A stretch of DNA of 64,000 nt from Candidatus Latescibacterota bacterium (GTDB lineage: Bacteria; Latescibacterota; UBA2968; UBA8231). The notes below the pieces were generated by a model. It did no database searches, was not told the DNA's origin, and saw only the letters and a list, made by a program, of their open reading frames with translations. The stretch spans positions 2,144,001 through 2,208,000 of the forward strand of contig OZ252098.1 in NCBI GenBank assembly GCA_965248355.1, written 5' to 3'. The position numbers and the translations under genes are program-made. Shown here in pieces: positions 1 through 8,242 of this stretch; within the stretch, counting starts at the first letter, position 1, and each line of letters opens with the position of its first letter.

Positions 1-474
1 CGCCACCTCGTCCACGTCGAAGTCCCCGGTGGACAGGTCGACCCAGGCGATGCCGGCCGTCGGACCCTGGGCGCAGAAGCTGGCGATGAAGTTGTTGCGC
101 TGGCCGTCGAGCATGCTGTCCGAGAGCGCCGTCCCGGGGGAGACGATCTCCACCACGTCGCGCTTGACGAGGCCCTTGGCCTTCTTCGGGTCCTCCACCT
201 GCTCGCAGATCGCCACCTTGCGCCCCATGCCGATGAGGCGGGCCACGTAGCCCTCCATGGCGTGGTGGGGAACGCCGGCCAGGGGCACGTCGCCGGAGGT
301 CTTGCCGTGGTTGCGGGAGGTGAGGGTCAGGCCGAGGAGACGGGACGCCTCGCGGGCGTCATCGAAGAACATCTCGTAGAAGTCTCCCATGCGGAAGAAC
401 AGGATGGCGTCGTCGTGCTCGCGCTTGAAGCGCATGTACTGCTCCATCGCCGGCGACAACTTGGCTTCGGCCAT
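1..474 (-). CDS. mutS: DNA mismatch repair protein MutS, 5' part (runs off window start)
   Basis: Not in ORF track; manual translation from ATG at 474 gives MAEAKLSPAMEQYMRFKREHDDAILFFRMGDFYEMFFDDA...VPLAGVPHHA...KVAICEQVEDP, the MutS domain I signature. Confidence 0.96.
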   Translation of the reverse strand, partial: MAEAKLSPAMEQYMRFKREHDDAILFFRMGDFYEMFFDDAREASRLLGLTLTSRNHGKTSGDVPLAGVPHHAMEGYVARLIGMGRKVAICEQVEDPKKAKGLVKRDVVEIVSPGTALSDSMLDGQRNNFIASFCAQGPTAGIAWVDLSTGDFDVDEVA

Positions 475-505
475 GGGCGCTAAGATAACCACCCCCCGGG
501 ACACG

Positions 506-539
506 AAAAGAGCGCGGCCGGACCCGGCCGGCCGCGCTC
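506..539 (-). terminator. Intrinsic terminator after rpsA
   Basis: 12-bp GC stem GAGCGCGGCCGG/CCGGCCGCGCTC with 6-nt loop followed by TTTT on the minus strand, 23 nt after the rpsA stop. Confidence 0.75.
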
Positions 540-562
540 CATCGATGCCGCAGGCCGGGGGC

Positions 563-2341
563 TCAGGCCGTCGTCTCCTCCTCCGCGTCGGCGTCGGCCC
601 AGCTCTCCATCTCCTCGTCCTCGTCCTCGGGCTCCTCGGCCTCCTCCACCTCCCGGACCGGATGGGCGTCGGTGTAGGCGTCGACCTCGCTCTGGTCCTT
701 GTCGCGCAGGTACTCGAGCACGCTGAGGACGATCTTCTTCTGCTCCTCGTCGAACTCGATCACCTTGAGCGGCACCTCCTGGCCGACCTCGAAGCTCTGA
801 CGGGGGCTCTCCAGCCCCTCGATGGCGAGCTGCGACAGGGGAACGAACCCGTCCACGTCGTGCTCGAGGTTGACCACGATGCCGCGCTCGAGCATGCGCG
901 ACACGGCGCCCTTCGTCTCGGTGCCGTCGGCGTAGGTGCGCACCAGCTGCGGCCAGGGGTTGTCGAAGGCCAGCTTGTGGCTCAGGGAGATGCGGCGGCG
1001 CTTCTTGTCGATGTCGGTGACCACCACCGGGATGACGTCGCCCTTCTTGAACATCTCGCTCGCCTGCCGGATGCGCCGCGTCCAGGACATGTCCGAGATG
1101 TGCACGAGACCGTCGATGCCCTCCTCGATCTCGACGAAGGCGCCAAAGTTGGTCAGGCTCTTCACCGTACCCTCCAGGCGGGTGCCGCCCGGATAGCGGT
1201 TGTCCAGGGTCTCCCACGGATCCGGATCGGTCTGCTTCATCCCCAGGGAGATCTTCTGGTTCTCCACGTCGAGCTTGAGGACCATCACCTCCACCTGGTC
1301 GCCGATGGAGACCACCTTGGAGGGGTGGCGCACGTGCTGGGTCCAGGACATCTCCGAGATGTGCACCAGGCCCTCGATGCCTTCCTCGAGCTCGACGAAG
1401 GCGCCGTAGTCGGTGATGCTGACCACCTTGCCCGGGGTCGTGGTGCCCTCGGGGTAGCGGCCGCCGATGTCCTCCCAGGGATGGGGCGTGAGCTGCTTGA
1501 GGCCGAGGGAGATGCGCTCCCGCTCGCGGTCGTAGTTGAGGACCTTGACACGGATGCGGTCGCCGATGGAGACCATCTCCGACGGGTGCGACACGCGGCC
1601 CCAGGACATGTCGGTGATGTGCAGCAGGCCGTCGAGGCCGCCCAGGTCGATGAAGGCGCCGAAGTCGGTGATGTTCTTGACCACGCCCTCGCGGGTCTGG
1701 CCGTCCTCGAGCTCCGCCACCAGTTCCTGGCGCATCTTCTCGCGCTCCTCCTCGAGAACGGAGCGCCGCGACACGACGATGTTCCGCCGCGCCTTGTTGA
1801 GCTTGATGATCTTGAACTCGTAATCGTTGCCGAGATACTGATCGAAGTTCTTCACCTGGCGGATGTCGATCTGCGATCCAGGCAGGAAGGCCTCGACGCC
1901 GAGGAGATCGACGACGATGCCCCCCTTGATGCGACGCATCAGCCGGCCGCGCACCGTCGTGCCGCCCTCGTGGGCGTCCTTGATGCTGTCCCAGACGCGC
2001 ATGAAGTCGGCCTTCTGCTTGGAGAGCACCACGCACCCTTCAAGGTCTTCCACGTTCTCCAGGAAGACGTCGATCTCCTGGCCGATGGCGATGGCCGAGG
2101 GATCGTCGCCGAACTCGCGGATCGGGATCGCTCCCTCCGACTTGAACCCGATGTCGACGAGGACGTCGCTGGGGTTGACGCTGACCACCTTCCCCTTGAC
2201 GATCTCGCCCTCCTTGATGCCGGAGAAGCTCTCCTCGTACATCTGGGCGAGCTGCTCGAACTCCTGCTCGTCGTACTCCGGCCGGTCGAGGTCCTCGATG
2301 CTGGCCTGCCCGTACACGGGCGCGGCGGTTTCTTCGGTCAT
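563..2341 (-). CDS. rpsA: 30S ribosomal protein S1
   Basis: 592 aa with repeated S1 domains (ITDFGAFIDLGGLDGLLHITDMSW, YGAFVELEEGIEGLVHISEMSW); follows cmk. Confidence 0.98.
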   Translation of the reverse strand: MTEETAAPVYGQASIEDLDRPEYDEQEFEQLAQMYEESFSGIKEGEIVKGKVVSVNPSDVLVDIGFKSEGAIPIREFGDDPSAIAIGQEIDVFLENVEDLEGCVVLSKQKADFMRVWDSIKDAHEGGTTVRGRLMRRIKGGIVVDLLGVEAFLPGSQIDIRQVKNFDQYLGNDYEFKIIKLNKARRNIVVSRRSVLEEEREKMRQELVAELEDGQTREGVVKNITDFGAFIDLGGLDGLLHITDMSWGRVSHPSEMVSIGDRIRVKVLNYDRERERISLGLKQLTPHPWEDIGGRYPEGTTTPGKVVSITDYGAFVELEEGIEGLVHISEMSWTQHVRHPSKVVSIGDQVEVMVLKLDVENQKISLGMKQTDPDPWETLDNRYPGGTRLEGTVKSLTNFGAFVEIEEGIDGLVHISDMSWTRRIRQASEMFKKGDVIPVVVTDIDKKRRRISLSHKLAFDNPWPQLVRTYADGTETKGAVSRMLERGIVVNLEHDVDGFVPLSQLAIEGLESPRQSFEVGQEVPLKVIEFDEEQKKIVLSVLEYLRDKDQSEVDAYTDAHPVREVEEAEEPEDEDEEMESWADADAEEETTA

Positions 2342-2474
2342 TGGGCTTCTTCCACCTTCGGCTCCGGCGCCGTCCGTGAGGCCGGCCCCGGGGGGTTGTG
2401 GGCACCGGCCAGGGCCGGATACCCGGGGTTGATGAACCGGCGCGCCCTCGTGACGCGCCGGAGAAAGGGCCCTC

Positions 2475-3152
2475 TCAGGCGCCGCTCTCGCGGGCCAGGG
2501 CCACGATGCGGTCCACCACCTGATCGGCGGTCAGGCCGCTGGTGTCCACCTCCACGGCGTCCCCTGGGGCTGCTCCCTGAACGCCGTAGTCTCGCTCGGC
2601 GTCCTCCCGGTCGCGCCGGCGGATGTCGGCGCGCACCCGGGACAGCGTGATGCCCACGCCGGCGGCGAGGAACTCGCGGTGCCGGCGGCGGGCGCGTTCG
2701 TCCAGGTCGGCCACCATGCGAACCTTCAGATCGGCATGGGGAAACACGACCGTGCTCATGTCCCGGCCCTCGGCGACCACGCCGCCGGAGCGTCCCATCT
2801 CCCGCTGCCGCCGCACCAGGGCGCGGCGCACCACGGGATCGTTGGCGAAGGCGCCCACATCGCGCGAGACCTCGGGGCTGCGGATGGCCGCGCCCACATC
2901 CTCGCCGTCGAGGCGGATGCCCCCGCTCCCGCCGGCCGGCAGCTCCAGGCGCAGGCTCTCGAGGAACCCTTCGAGAGCGGCGGCCCCCGGCGCGAAGCCG
3001 CGGCGCGATGCGGCCAGGGCCACGGCCCGGTACATGGCGCCGGTGTCCAGATGGCGATAGCCGAGGGCGGCGGCCGCGCCCCGGGCGGCCGTGGACTTGC
3101 CGGCCCCGATGACTCCGTCGATAGCGATCGTCAGCCCCCCCGCCCCGGTCAC
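2475..3152 (-). CDS. cmk: Cytidylate kinase
   Basis: IAIDGVIGAGKST P-loop, LDTGAMYRA, VAEGRDMSTVVFP; GTG start overlaps the rluB stop (GTGA). The ORF-track N-terminal extension is spurious. Confidence 0.95.
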   Translation of the reverse strand: MTGAGGLTIAIDGVIGAGKSTAARGAAAALGYRHLDTGAMYRAVALAASRRGFAPGAAALEGFLESLRLELPAGGSGGIRLDGEDVGAAIRSPEVSRDVGAFANDPVVRRALVRRQREMGRSGGVVAEGRDMSTVVFPHADLKVRMVADLDERARRRHREFLAAGVGITLSRVRADIRRRDREDAERDYGVQGAAPGDAVEVDTSGLTADQVVDRIVALARESGA

Positions 3153-3922
3153 GGCTCCGATTCCAGGCCCACGAGGCGGCGGACCCGCGCCACCTCCGCC
3201 GGGCGCAGGCGGCGCCACTGACCGGCCCGCAGGTCGCCGAGAGCCACGCCGGCGAAGCTCTGCCGCCGCAAGCTCGTCACGCGGTGGCCGATGGCCATGC
3301 ACATGCGCTTGACCTGGTGCTTGCGGCCCTCGGTCAGGATCAGCTCGATTCTCCCCCGGCCGTCGGCGGTCTCTCCAAGATACCGCACGCCGGCCGGAGC
3401 GGTCGGCCCGTCCTCGAGCTCGAGTCCGCGCCGCAGCCGTTGCAGGGCCCGTTCGCCCGGGCTCCCCTGCACCACGGCCACGTAGCGCTTCTCGACGCCG
3501 AAGCGCGGGTGGGTCAGGCGGTAGGCCAGCTCGCCGTCGTCGGTGAGCAGCAGCGCCCCCGTCGTGTCCCGGTCGAGGCGTCCCACGGCCACCGTCGAAG
3601 GCCGCAGCCGGAGTCCGTCGTAGACCGTGCGCCGGCCGCGCTCGTCGCGGCTCGTGACGAGAGTGTCGCGGCGCTTGTGCAGCAGGACGTGCTCGAAGCC
3701 GTCGGGCAGGGCCACCCGGCCCCGTCCCTCGAGCTCCACGCGGTCCCGGGCGGGGTCGATGCGGTCCCCCGGCCCCGCCGCCGGAGCCCCGTTGACGCGC
3801 ACGGCGCCGGCGGAGATCAACGCGGCACACCGCCGCCGGGAGGCCACGCCGGCGCGGGCGAGGAAGCGGTTGAGCTGCATCCCGTCGGCCCGGGCGCCTT
3901 CAGCTTCGGCTGTCCTCGCCAC
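3149..3922 (-). CDS. rluB: rRNA pseudouridine synthase (RsuA/RluB family)
   Basis: S4 domain LNRFLARAGVASRR, catalytic VGRLDRDTTG, EGRKHQVKRM; scpAB-rluB-cmk synteny. Confidence 0.9.
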   Translation of the reverse strand: MARTAEAEGARADGMQLNRFLARAGVASRRRCAALISAGAVRVNGAPAAGPGDRIDPARDRVELEGRGRVALPDGFEHVLLHKRRDTLVTSRDERGRRTVYDGLRLRPSTVAVGRLDRDTTGALLLTDDGELAYRLTHPRFGVEKRYVAVVQGSPGERALQRLRRGLELEDGPTAPAGVRYLGETADGRGRIELILTEGRKHQVKRMCMAIGHRVTSLRRQSFAGVALGDLRAGQWRRLRPAEVARVRRLVGLESEP

Positions 3923-4577
3923 TTCCCTCCTCGATCCGGCCTCCCACCTCCGGCAGATCCTCCTCCGACGAGCCGGGCTCCGCGGCGACGTCCTCCAAGC
4001 GGCCGTTGCCCGAGTCTTCGCGCGCCTTGCGCTCGCCCTCGGCCAGCAGCTCCTCGAGCTCCTTCGGCTTCGGCAGATCGGCCAGCGAGCGCAGGCCGAA
4101 GTGGGTCATGAAGTCCCGGGTGGTGCCGAACAGCATGGGGCGGCCGAGACCCTCGGAGCGGCCCACGATGCGTACGAGATTGAGATCCAGCAGGTTGCGG
4201 ACGACGCCGGCCGAATCGACGCCGCGGAGGTTGTCGACCTCGATGCGGGTGACGGGCTGCTTGAAGGCGACGATGGCGAGCGTCTCGAGGGCCGCCTGGG
4301 AGAGGCGCACGTGGCTGCGGTCGTGGAACTTGCGCAGCCAGGGAGCGAACTCCTTGAGGGTGACCAGCTGGTAGCCGCCGGCGACCTCGGCGATGGTCAT
4401 GGCGTGACCGCCCTCCCGGTAGCGCTCGTTGAGATCGGTCACGGCCTGGCGCAGCTGCGATCCCTTGACGCCCTTGAGGACGGCCTCCAGCCGGCCCGGG
4501 GTGACCGGGGTGTCGGCCGTCATGAGCACCGCCTCGACGATGCCGCGCACCTGCCCTGGATCGAGGGGCCCGCTCAC
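3900..4577 (-). CDS. scpB: SMC-Scp complex subunit ScpB
   Basis: EVAGGYQL, LSQAALETLAIVAFKQPVTRIEV, GRPMLFGTT; GTG start at 4577 overlaps the scpA stop. Confidence 0.95.
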   Translation of the reverse strand: MSGPLDPGQVRGIVEAVLMTADTPVTPGRLEAVLKGVKGSQLRQAVTDLNERYREGGHAMTIAEVAGGYQLVTLKEFAPWLRKFHDRSHVRLSQAALETLAIVAFKQPVTRIEVDNLRGVDSAGVVRNLLDLNLVRIVGRSEGLGRPMLFGTTRDFMTHFGLRSLADLPKPKELEELLAEGERKAREDSGNGRLEDVAAEPGSSEEDLPEVGGRIEEGSGEDSRS

Positions 4578-5374
4578 GCAACCCCCCCGCCGGGCGGGGA
4601 GTCGGAGGCCGCCGGGGCCTCCTCGGGCCCGCCGTGGCCGCTCTCGATCCAGATGTCGCCGAAGGGCCGCGCCTGCTGCACCTGGATGCGCTGGGACTTG
4701 AGCAGCTCGAGGAGGCTGATGAAGGTGACCACCAGGTCGTGCCGGCTCCGGCCGGTCACCAGGTCGTGGAACCGGAGGCGGGAGCGGCGGCGCACCTCGC
4801 CGATGATCTGGTCGATGCACTCCTCCACCGTGACCCGTTCCTCCACGATGCGGTGGACCAGGGAGCGGGGCACGTTGTCGATGACGTGCTGGTAGACCTT
4901 GAGCAGGTCGAAGAGCGAGACCGGGTGCAGACCGGCCTCGGCGTCTCCGGGGCGGCCGCTGCGGCGGTAGACGTGGCGCTGCTCGAGACCCGCGTCGGAG
5001 AGCCAGTGGGCGATCTCCTTGAACTGCTGGTACTCCAGCAGCCGGCGGACCAGCTCCTCCCTTGGATCGCCCCCGCTCTCGTCGTCGACCTCCCCGCCGG
5101 TCTCGCGGGGCAGCAGCATCTGCGACTTGATCTGCATCAGGGTCGCCGCCATGAGGACGAAGCCGGCGGCCCCTTCGAGATCGAGCAGGTCGACCTCGGA
5201 TCGAAGCAGGGCGAGGTACTGGGCCGTGATCGTCGACACGGGGATGTCGTAGATGTCCACCTCGTTCCTGCGAATGAGGTAGAGCAGCAGGTCGAGGGGC
5301 CCCTCGAAGACCTCGAGCCTGACGCCGTAGGGGTCGAGGGGGCCGCCGGACTCGGGGGGGATCGGCTCAGTCAA
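4574..5374 (-). CDS. scpA: Segregation/condensation protein ScpA
   Basis: FEGPLDLLLYLIRRNEVDIYDIP, AATLMQIKSQMLLP, DPREELVRRLLEY; probable TTG start at 5374 (start uncertain). Confidence 0.94.
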   Translation of the reverse strand: MTEPIPPESGGPLDPYGVRLEVFEGPLDLLLYLIRRNEVDIYDIPVSTITAQYLALLRSEVDLLDLEGAAGFVLMAATLMQIKSQMLLPRETGGEVDDESGGDPREELVRRLLEYQQFKEIAHWLSDAGLEQRHVYRRSGRPGDAEAGLHPVSLFDLLKVYQHVIDNVPRSLVHRIVEERVTVEECIDQIIGEVRRRSRLRFHDLVTGRSRHDLVVTFISLLELLKSQRIQVQQARPFGDIWIESGHGGPEEAPAASDSPPGGGVA

Positions 5375-5915
5375 GAAAGAGGTAGGGCTTCCACCGGTGG
5401 TCGGGGACACCCACGTAGTTGCGGATGAAGGTGATGTTGTTCGGGCGCTTCGGCTTGCGGCGCAGCCGGAGGCCCGCCTGCTCCAGCGGCCGGTCGCCCT
5501 TGCGGGCGTTGCAGGCCACGCAGGCCGTGACCAGGTTTTCCCAGGTCTCCGGACCCCTGTGCTTCCTGGGCACCACGTGGTCGATCGTCATCTTGCGATC
5601 GGCGACCCCGCAGTACTGGCACTCGTAGTTGTCGCGCTTGAAAATGTTGCGCTTGGAGAGCACCACCCGTCGCCGGGGCGCGCGGATGTAGCGCTCGAGA
5701 CGGACGACGCTGGGCACCGGAAAGGAGTCGGACACGGAGCGCACGCGCCGGTCGGCGGGCTCGACGCTGATCGCCTTGCCGCCGAAGACGAGACTCAGGG
5801 CCCGGCGGACGGAACAGACGTTGAGGGGCTCGTAGTTCTGGTTCAGCACGAGGACCGCCTCGTCGAGGACGGGGGCCTGCCTCTGGGCGGCGCTATGGTG
5901 AATGGCGCGGATCAT
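5367..5915 (-). CDS. HNH endonuclease
   Basis: VLVLNQNYEPL N-terminus, RDNYECQYCG, TIDHVVP, WENLVTACVACNARKG. Confidence 0.9.
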   Translation of the reverse strand: MIRAIHHSAAQRQAPVLDEAVLVLNQNYEPLNVCSVRRALSLVFGGKAISVEPADRRVRSVSDSFPVPSVVRLERYIRAPRRRVVLSKRNIFKRDNYECQYCGVADRKMTIDHVVPRKHRGPETWENLVTACVACNARKGDRPLEQAGLRLRRKPKRPNNITFIRNYVGVPDHRWKPYLFLD

Positions 5916-5977
5916 CCCATATCCCGCACAATCAAGGGGAATCCGCGCACATCGTCAATGGCGGTCCGGAGCCGGGC

Positions 5978-6376
5978 TCAGGCGTTCTCGATGAATTCGG
6001 CGTACTCGGAAGGTCCCAGCAGGTCGGCGATCTCCTCCGGGTCGTCGATACGGACCTTGATGAGCCAGCCGTCGCCGTAAGGGTCGCCGTTCACCTGCTC
6101 GGCGCTGTCCTCGAGGGTCTCGTTGACCTCCAGGACCTGGCAGCTCACGGGGGAGAACAGCTCCTCCACCGTCTTGACCGCCTCCACCGTGCCGAAGGCC
6201 TGGCCCTTCTCCAACGTGTCGCCCACCTGGGGCAGCTCGACGAAGACGATGTCCCCGAGCTCGGACTGGGCGTAGTCCGTGAGGCCGATGGTGCCCAGAT
6301 CTCCGTCGAGGGAGATCCACTCGTGCTGCTCGGTGTAGCGGAGGTCGTCGGGGACCCTGGTTTCCGACTCTGCCAT
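5978..6376 (-). CDS. gcvH: Glycine cleavage system H protein
   Basis: YTEQHEW, GLTDYAQSELGDIVFVELP, lipoyl-Lys motif VEAVKTV, DPYGDGWL; AAAGGAG RBS before ATG 6376. Confidence 0.96.
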   Translation of the reverse strand: MAESETRVPDDLRYTEQHEWISLDGDLGTIGLTDYAQSELGDIVFVELPQVGDTLEKGQAFGTVEAVKTVEELFSPVSCQVLEVNETLEDSAEQVNGDPYGDGWLIKVRIDDPEEIADLLGPSEYAEFIENA

Positions 6377-6494
6377 GGTCGCTCCTTTCGGATGGCGGGT
6401 CAGAGGGTGACGGGGCGGCGAGCCGGCGTCGCTGGATTCCCGCTGATCGTATTCCAATGGCCCGACTCGGGCAACACGATGGGGGCTTCCTGCT

Positions 6495-7055
6495 CTAATA
6501 GACCCGCTCGACGTAGTCGCCGGTGCGGGTGTCGATCTTCAGCGTGTCCCCCCGATTGACGAACAGGGGCACCGAGACCACGGCCCCGGTCTCGAGGGTG
6601 GCCGGCTTGACCGCCCCGGTGGCGGTATCGCCCTTCACCCCCGGTTCGGTGTGGGCCACCTTTAGCTGCACGAAGTTGGGCAGCTCCACGCCGATGGGCT
6701 TCCCCTCGACGACCATGACATAGGCGGTCTCGTTCTCCTGCAGCAGCCCGGCCGAGTCGGCGAGCAGATCCGCGTCGAGGCCGACCTGCTCGTAGGTCTC
6801 CGAATCCATGAAGTGGAAGGTGCCCGTATCCGAGTAGAGGAACTGCATCTCCCTCTTCTCGAGGCGGATCGCGTCCACCTTGTCGCCGGAGCGGAAGGTG
6901 CGGTCGATGACGGAGCCCGTGCTCAGGTTCTTCAAGCGCGTGCGCACGAAGGCGCCGCCCTTGCCCGGCTTGACGTGCTGAAACTCGACGATGGAAAACA
7001 GGCCGCCGTCGAGTCGCATGGTGAATCCGTTGCGGAAGTTCGTCGTGTCGGCCAT
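6495..7055 (-). CDS. efp: Elongation factor P
   Basis: HVKPGKGGAFVRT, PGVKGDTA, KPATLETG, IDTRTGDYVER. Confidence 0.98.
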   Translation of the reverse strand: MADTTNFRNGFTMRLDGGLFSIVEFQHVKPGKGGAFVRTRLKNLSTGSVIDRTFRSGDKVDAIRLEKREMQFLYSDTGTFHFMDSETYEQVGLDADLLADSAGLLQENETAYVMVVEGKPIGVELPNFVQLKVAHTEPGVKGDTATGAVKPATLETGAVVSVPLFVNRGDTLKIDTRTGDYVERVY

Positions 7056-7065
7056 CTCTCTCTTC

Positions 7066-7833
7066 TCAGGTGGCGGTCAGCGCCTCGGCGCCGCGCCGGG
7101 CGTCCTGGTTGCCGGGGTCGACGGACAGCACGCGCCGGTAGGTCTCCAGGGCCTGCTCGGGGAATCCCTGCCGGGCGTACAGCCGGGCCAGGGTCACCGT
7201 GGGCACCGGACCCCGCTCGTCCATCTCCCCTTCCGCCGGTTCCCCTCCCGCCTCTTCGGGCCTGTCGATGTCCTGCAGCAGCGTCGTCAGCTCGGCGTCC
7301 TCCGGCGCGCCGAAGCGGGAGACGGAGGGCTTCGAGTCGGGCCCGACGGCGGGCGCCGGCCGCGACGCGGACGACGGGGAGCCGGGCGGCGGGCCGGGCC
7401 CGGCCACCGGGTCGCCGTCCGCCTCCCGGGGTTGCGCCTCGAAGGCCGGCGACGACAGCTCGCGCGCCAGCCGGGGGCTCAACGGGTCGAGGACGGCCGC
7501 CCGCTCCAGGCACTCGAGGGCTCGCCTCTCCTCGCCGAGCCGGCGGTGGACCCCGGCCAGCTGCCGGAGCCCGGCGGGGTTGTCGGCATCGAGGTGAAGC
7601 CCCCGGTCGAGGGCGGAGCGGGCCTGCTGCCACATCCCCCGCGACGCGTAGCAGCGGCCGAGGACGAAGAAGCCGGTGGGGTAGCGGGGAAAGCGCTCGC
7701 ACCCCTCCTCGCAGAGGGTCTGGGCGCGCAGCGCCCGCCCCTTGCGCAGGTACTCGTCGGCCAAGCGCGCGAACAAGGGAACCTGGGGAAAGCGCCGGAA
7801 GGCCTTCTCCACCTTGCTGGTGCGTGCGAACAC
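7066..7833 (-). CDS. Tetratricopeptide-repeat protein
   Basis: N-terminal TPRs (LFARLADEY..., GFFVLGRCY...), low-complexity linker, C-terminal TVTLARLYARQG helix pair. Confidence 0.75.
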   Translation of the reverse strand: MFARTSKVEKAFRRFPQVPLFARLADEYLRKGRALRAQTLCEEGCERFPRYPTGFFVLGRCYASRGMWQQARSALDRGLHLDADNPAGLRQLAGVHRRLGEERRALECLERAAVLDPLSPRLARELSSPAFEAQPREADGDPVAGPGPPPGSPSSASRPAPAVGPDSKPSVSRFGAPEDAELTTLLQDIDRPEEAGGEPAEGEMDERGPVPTVTLARLYARQGFPEQALETYRRVLSVDPGNQDARRGAEALTAT

Positions 7834-7922
7834 CAGCTGTCTCAGCAGCCTGTGGACGAGCGAATTCGGGGCACGGAAACGACCTGCCTCTGCGGCTGTC
7901 AGGGGATTTTGGACAGCCTTCG

Positions 7923-7951
7923 ATTCTACGCCGGAGGCGTCGGATTGTCAA
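7923..7951 (-). promoter_or_regulatory. sigma70-type promoter for the TPR-efp unit
   Basis: Minus strand TTGACA-N17-TAGAAT. Confidence 0.75.
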
Positions 7952-7994
7952 ACTCGGACAATCACTTGCAGGTCCGTGGCAAGACCCGGGGAGG

Positions 7995-8023
7995 TTGACG
8001 GGATGCCTCCCCGCCGCTATACT
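7995..8023 (+). promoter_or_regulatory. sigma70-type promoter of tRNA-Lys
   Basis: TTGACG-N17-TATACT, 18 nt upstream of the tRNA. Confidence 0.8.
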
Positions 8024-8041
8024 CGCGCCCCTTCCGAATCT

Positions 8042-8117
8042 GCGCCCATAGCTCAGTTGGTAGAGCGGCTGACTCTTAATCAGTTGGTCCGGGGTTCGAG
8101 TCCCTGTGGGCGCACCA
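8042..8117 (+). tRNA. tRNA-Lys (anticodon CTT)
   Basis: 76 nt; acceptor GCGCCCA/TGGGCGC, D-arm AGCTCAGTTGGTAGAGC, anticodon arm CTGA-CTCTTAA-TCAG, GTTCGAGTC T-loop, encoded CCA. Confidence 0.98.
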
Positions 8118-8119
8118 CT

Positions 8120-8169
8120 TGGACTTTTCGGGGAGTTTCGTCTGGTTCCGCACACTCCCCGTAAGTCCA
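8120..8169. repeat. Imperfect inverted repeat immediately 3' of tRNA-Lys
   Basis: TGGACTTTTCGGGGAGT (8120-8136) pairs with ACTCCCCGTAAGTCCA (8154-8169). Confidence 0.7.
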
Positions 8170-8242
8170 TGTTCACCATCATGTTGACGTAGTTCTTGAG
8201 CTTCGGTCCGCGGCTGGCACGGGGGAACGGCCAACAGGCCCC

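Noticed and set aside
389..2650. 753-aa plus-strand ORF and other long antisense ORFs (e.g. 17259..20282, 36598..38331, 54349..57993, 59009..61054)
   Set aside because: Shadows of real genes on the opposite strand; high GC3 suppresses stop codons; no recognisable motifs.
3900..5915. Wadjet/Lamassu defence system
   Set aside because: scpA/scpB sit in the housekeeping rluB-cmk-rpsA context with no SMC/JetC or JetD gene; kept only as a low-interest linkage.
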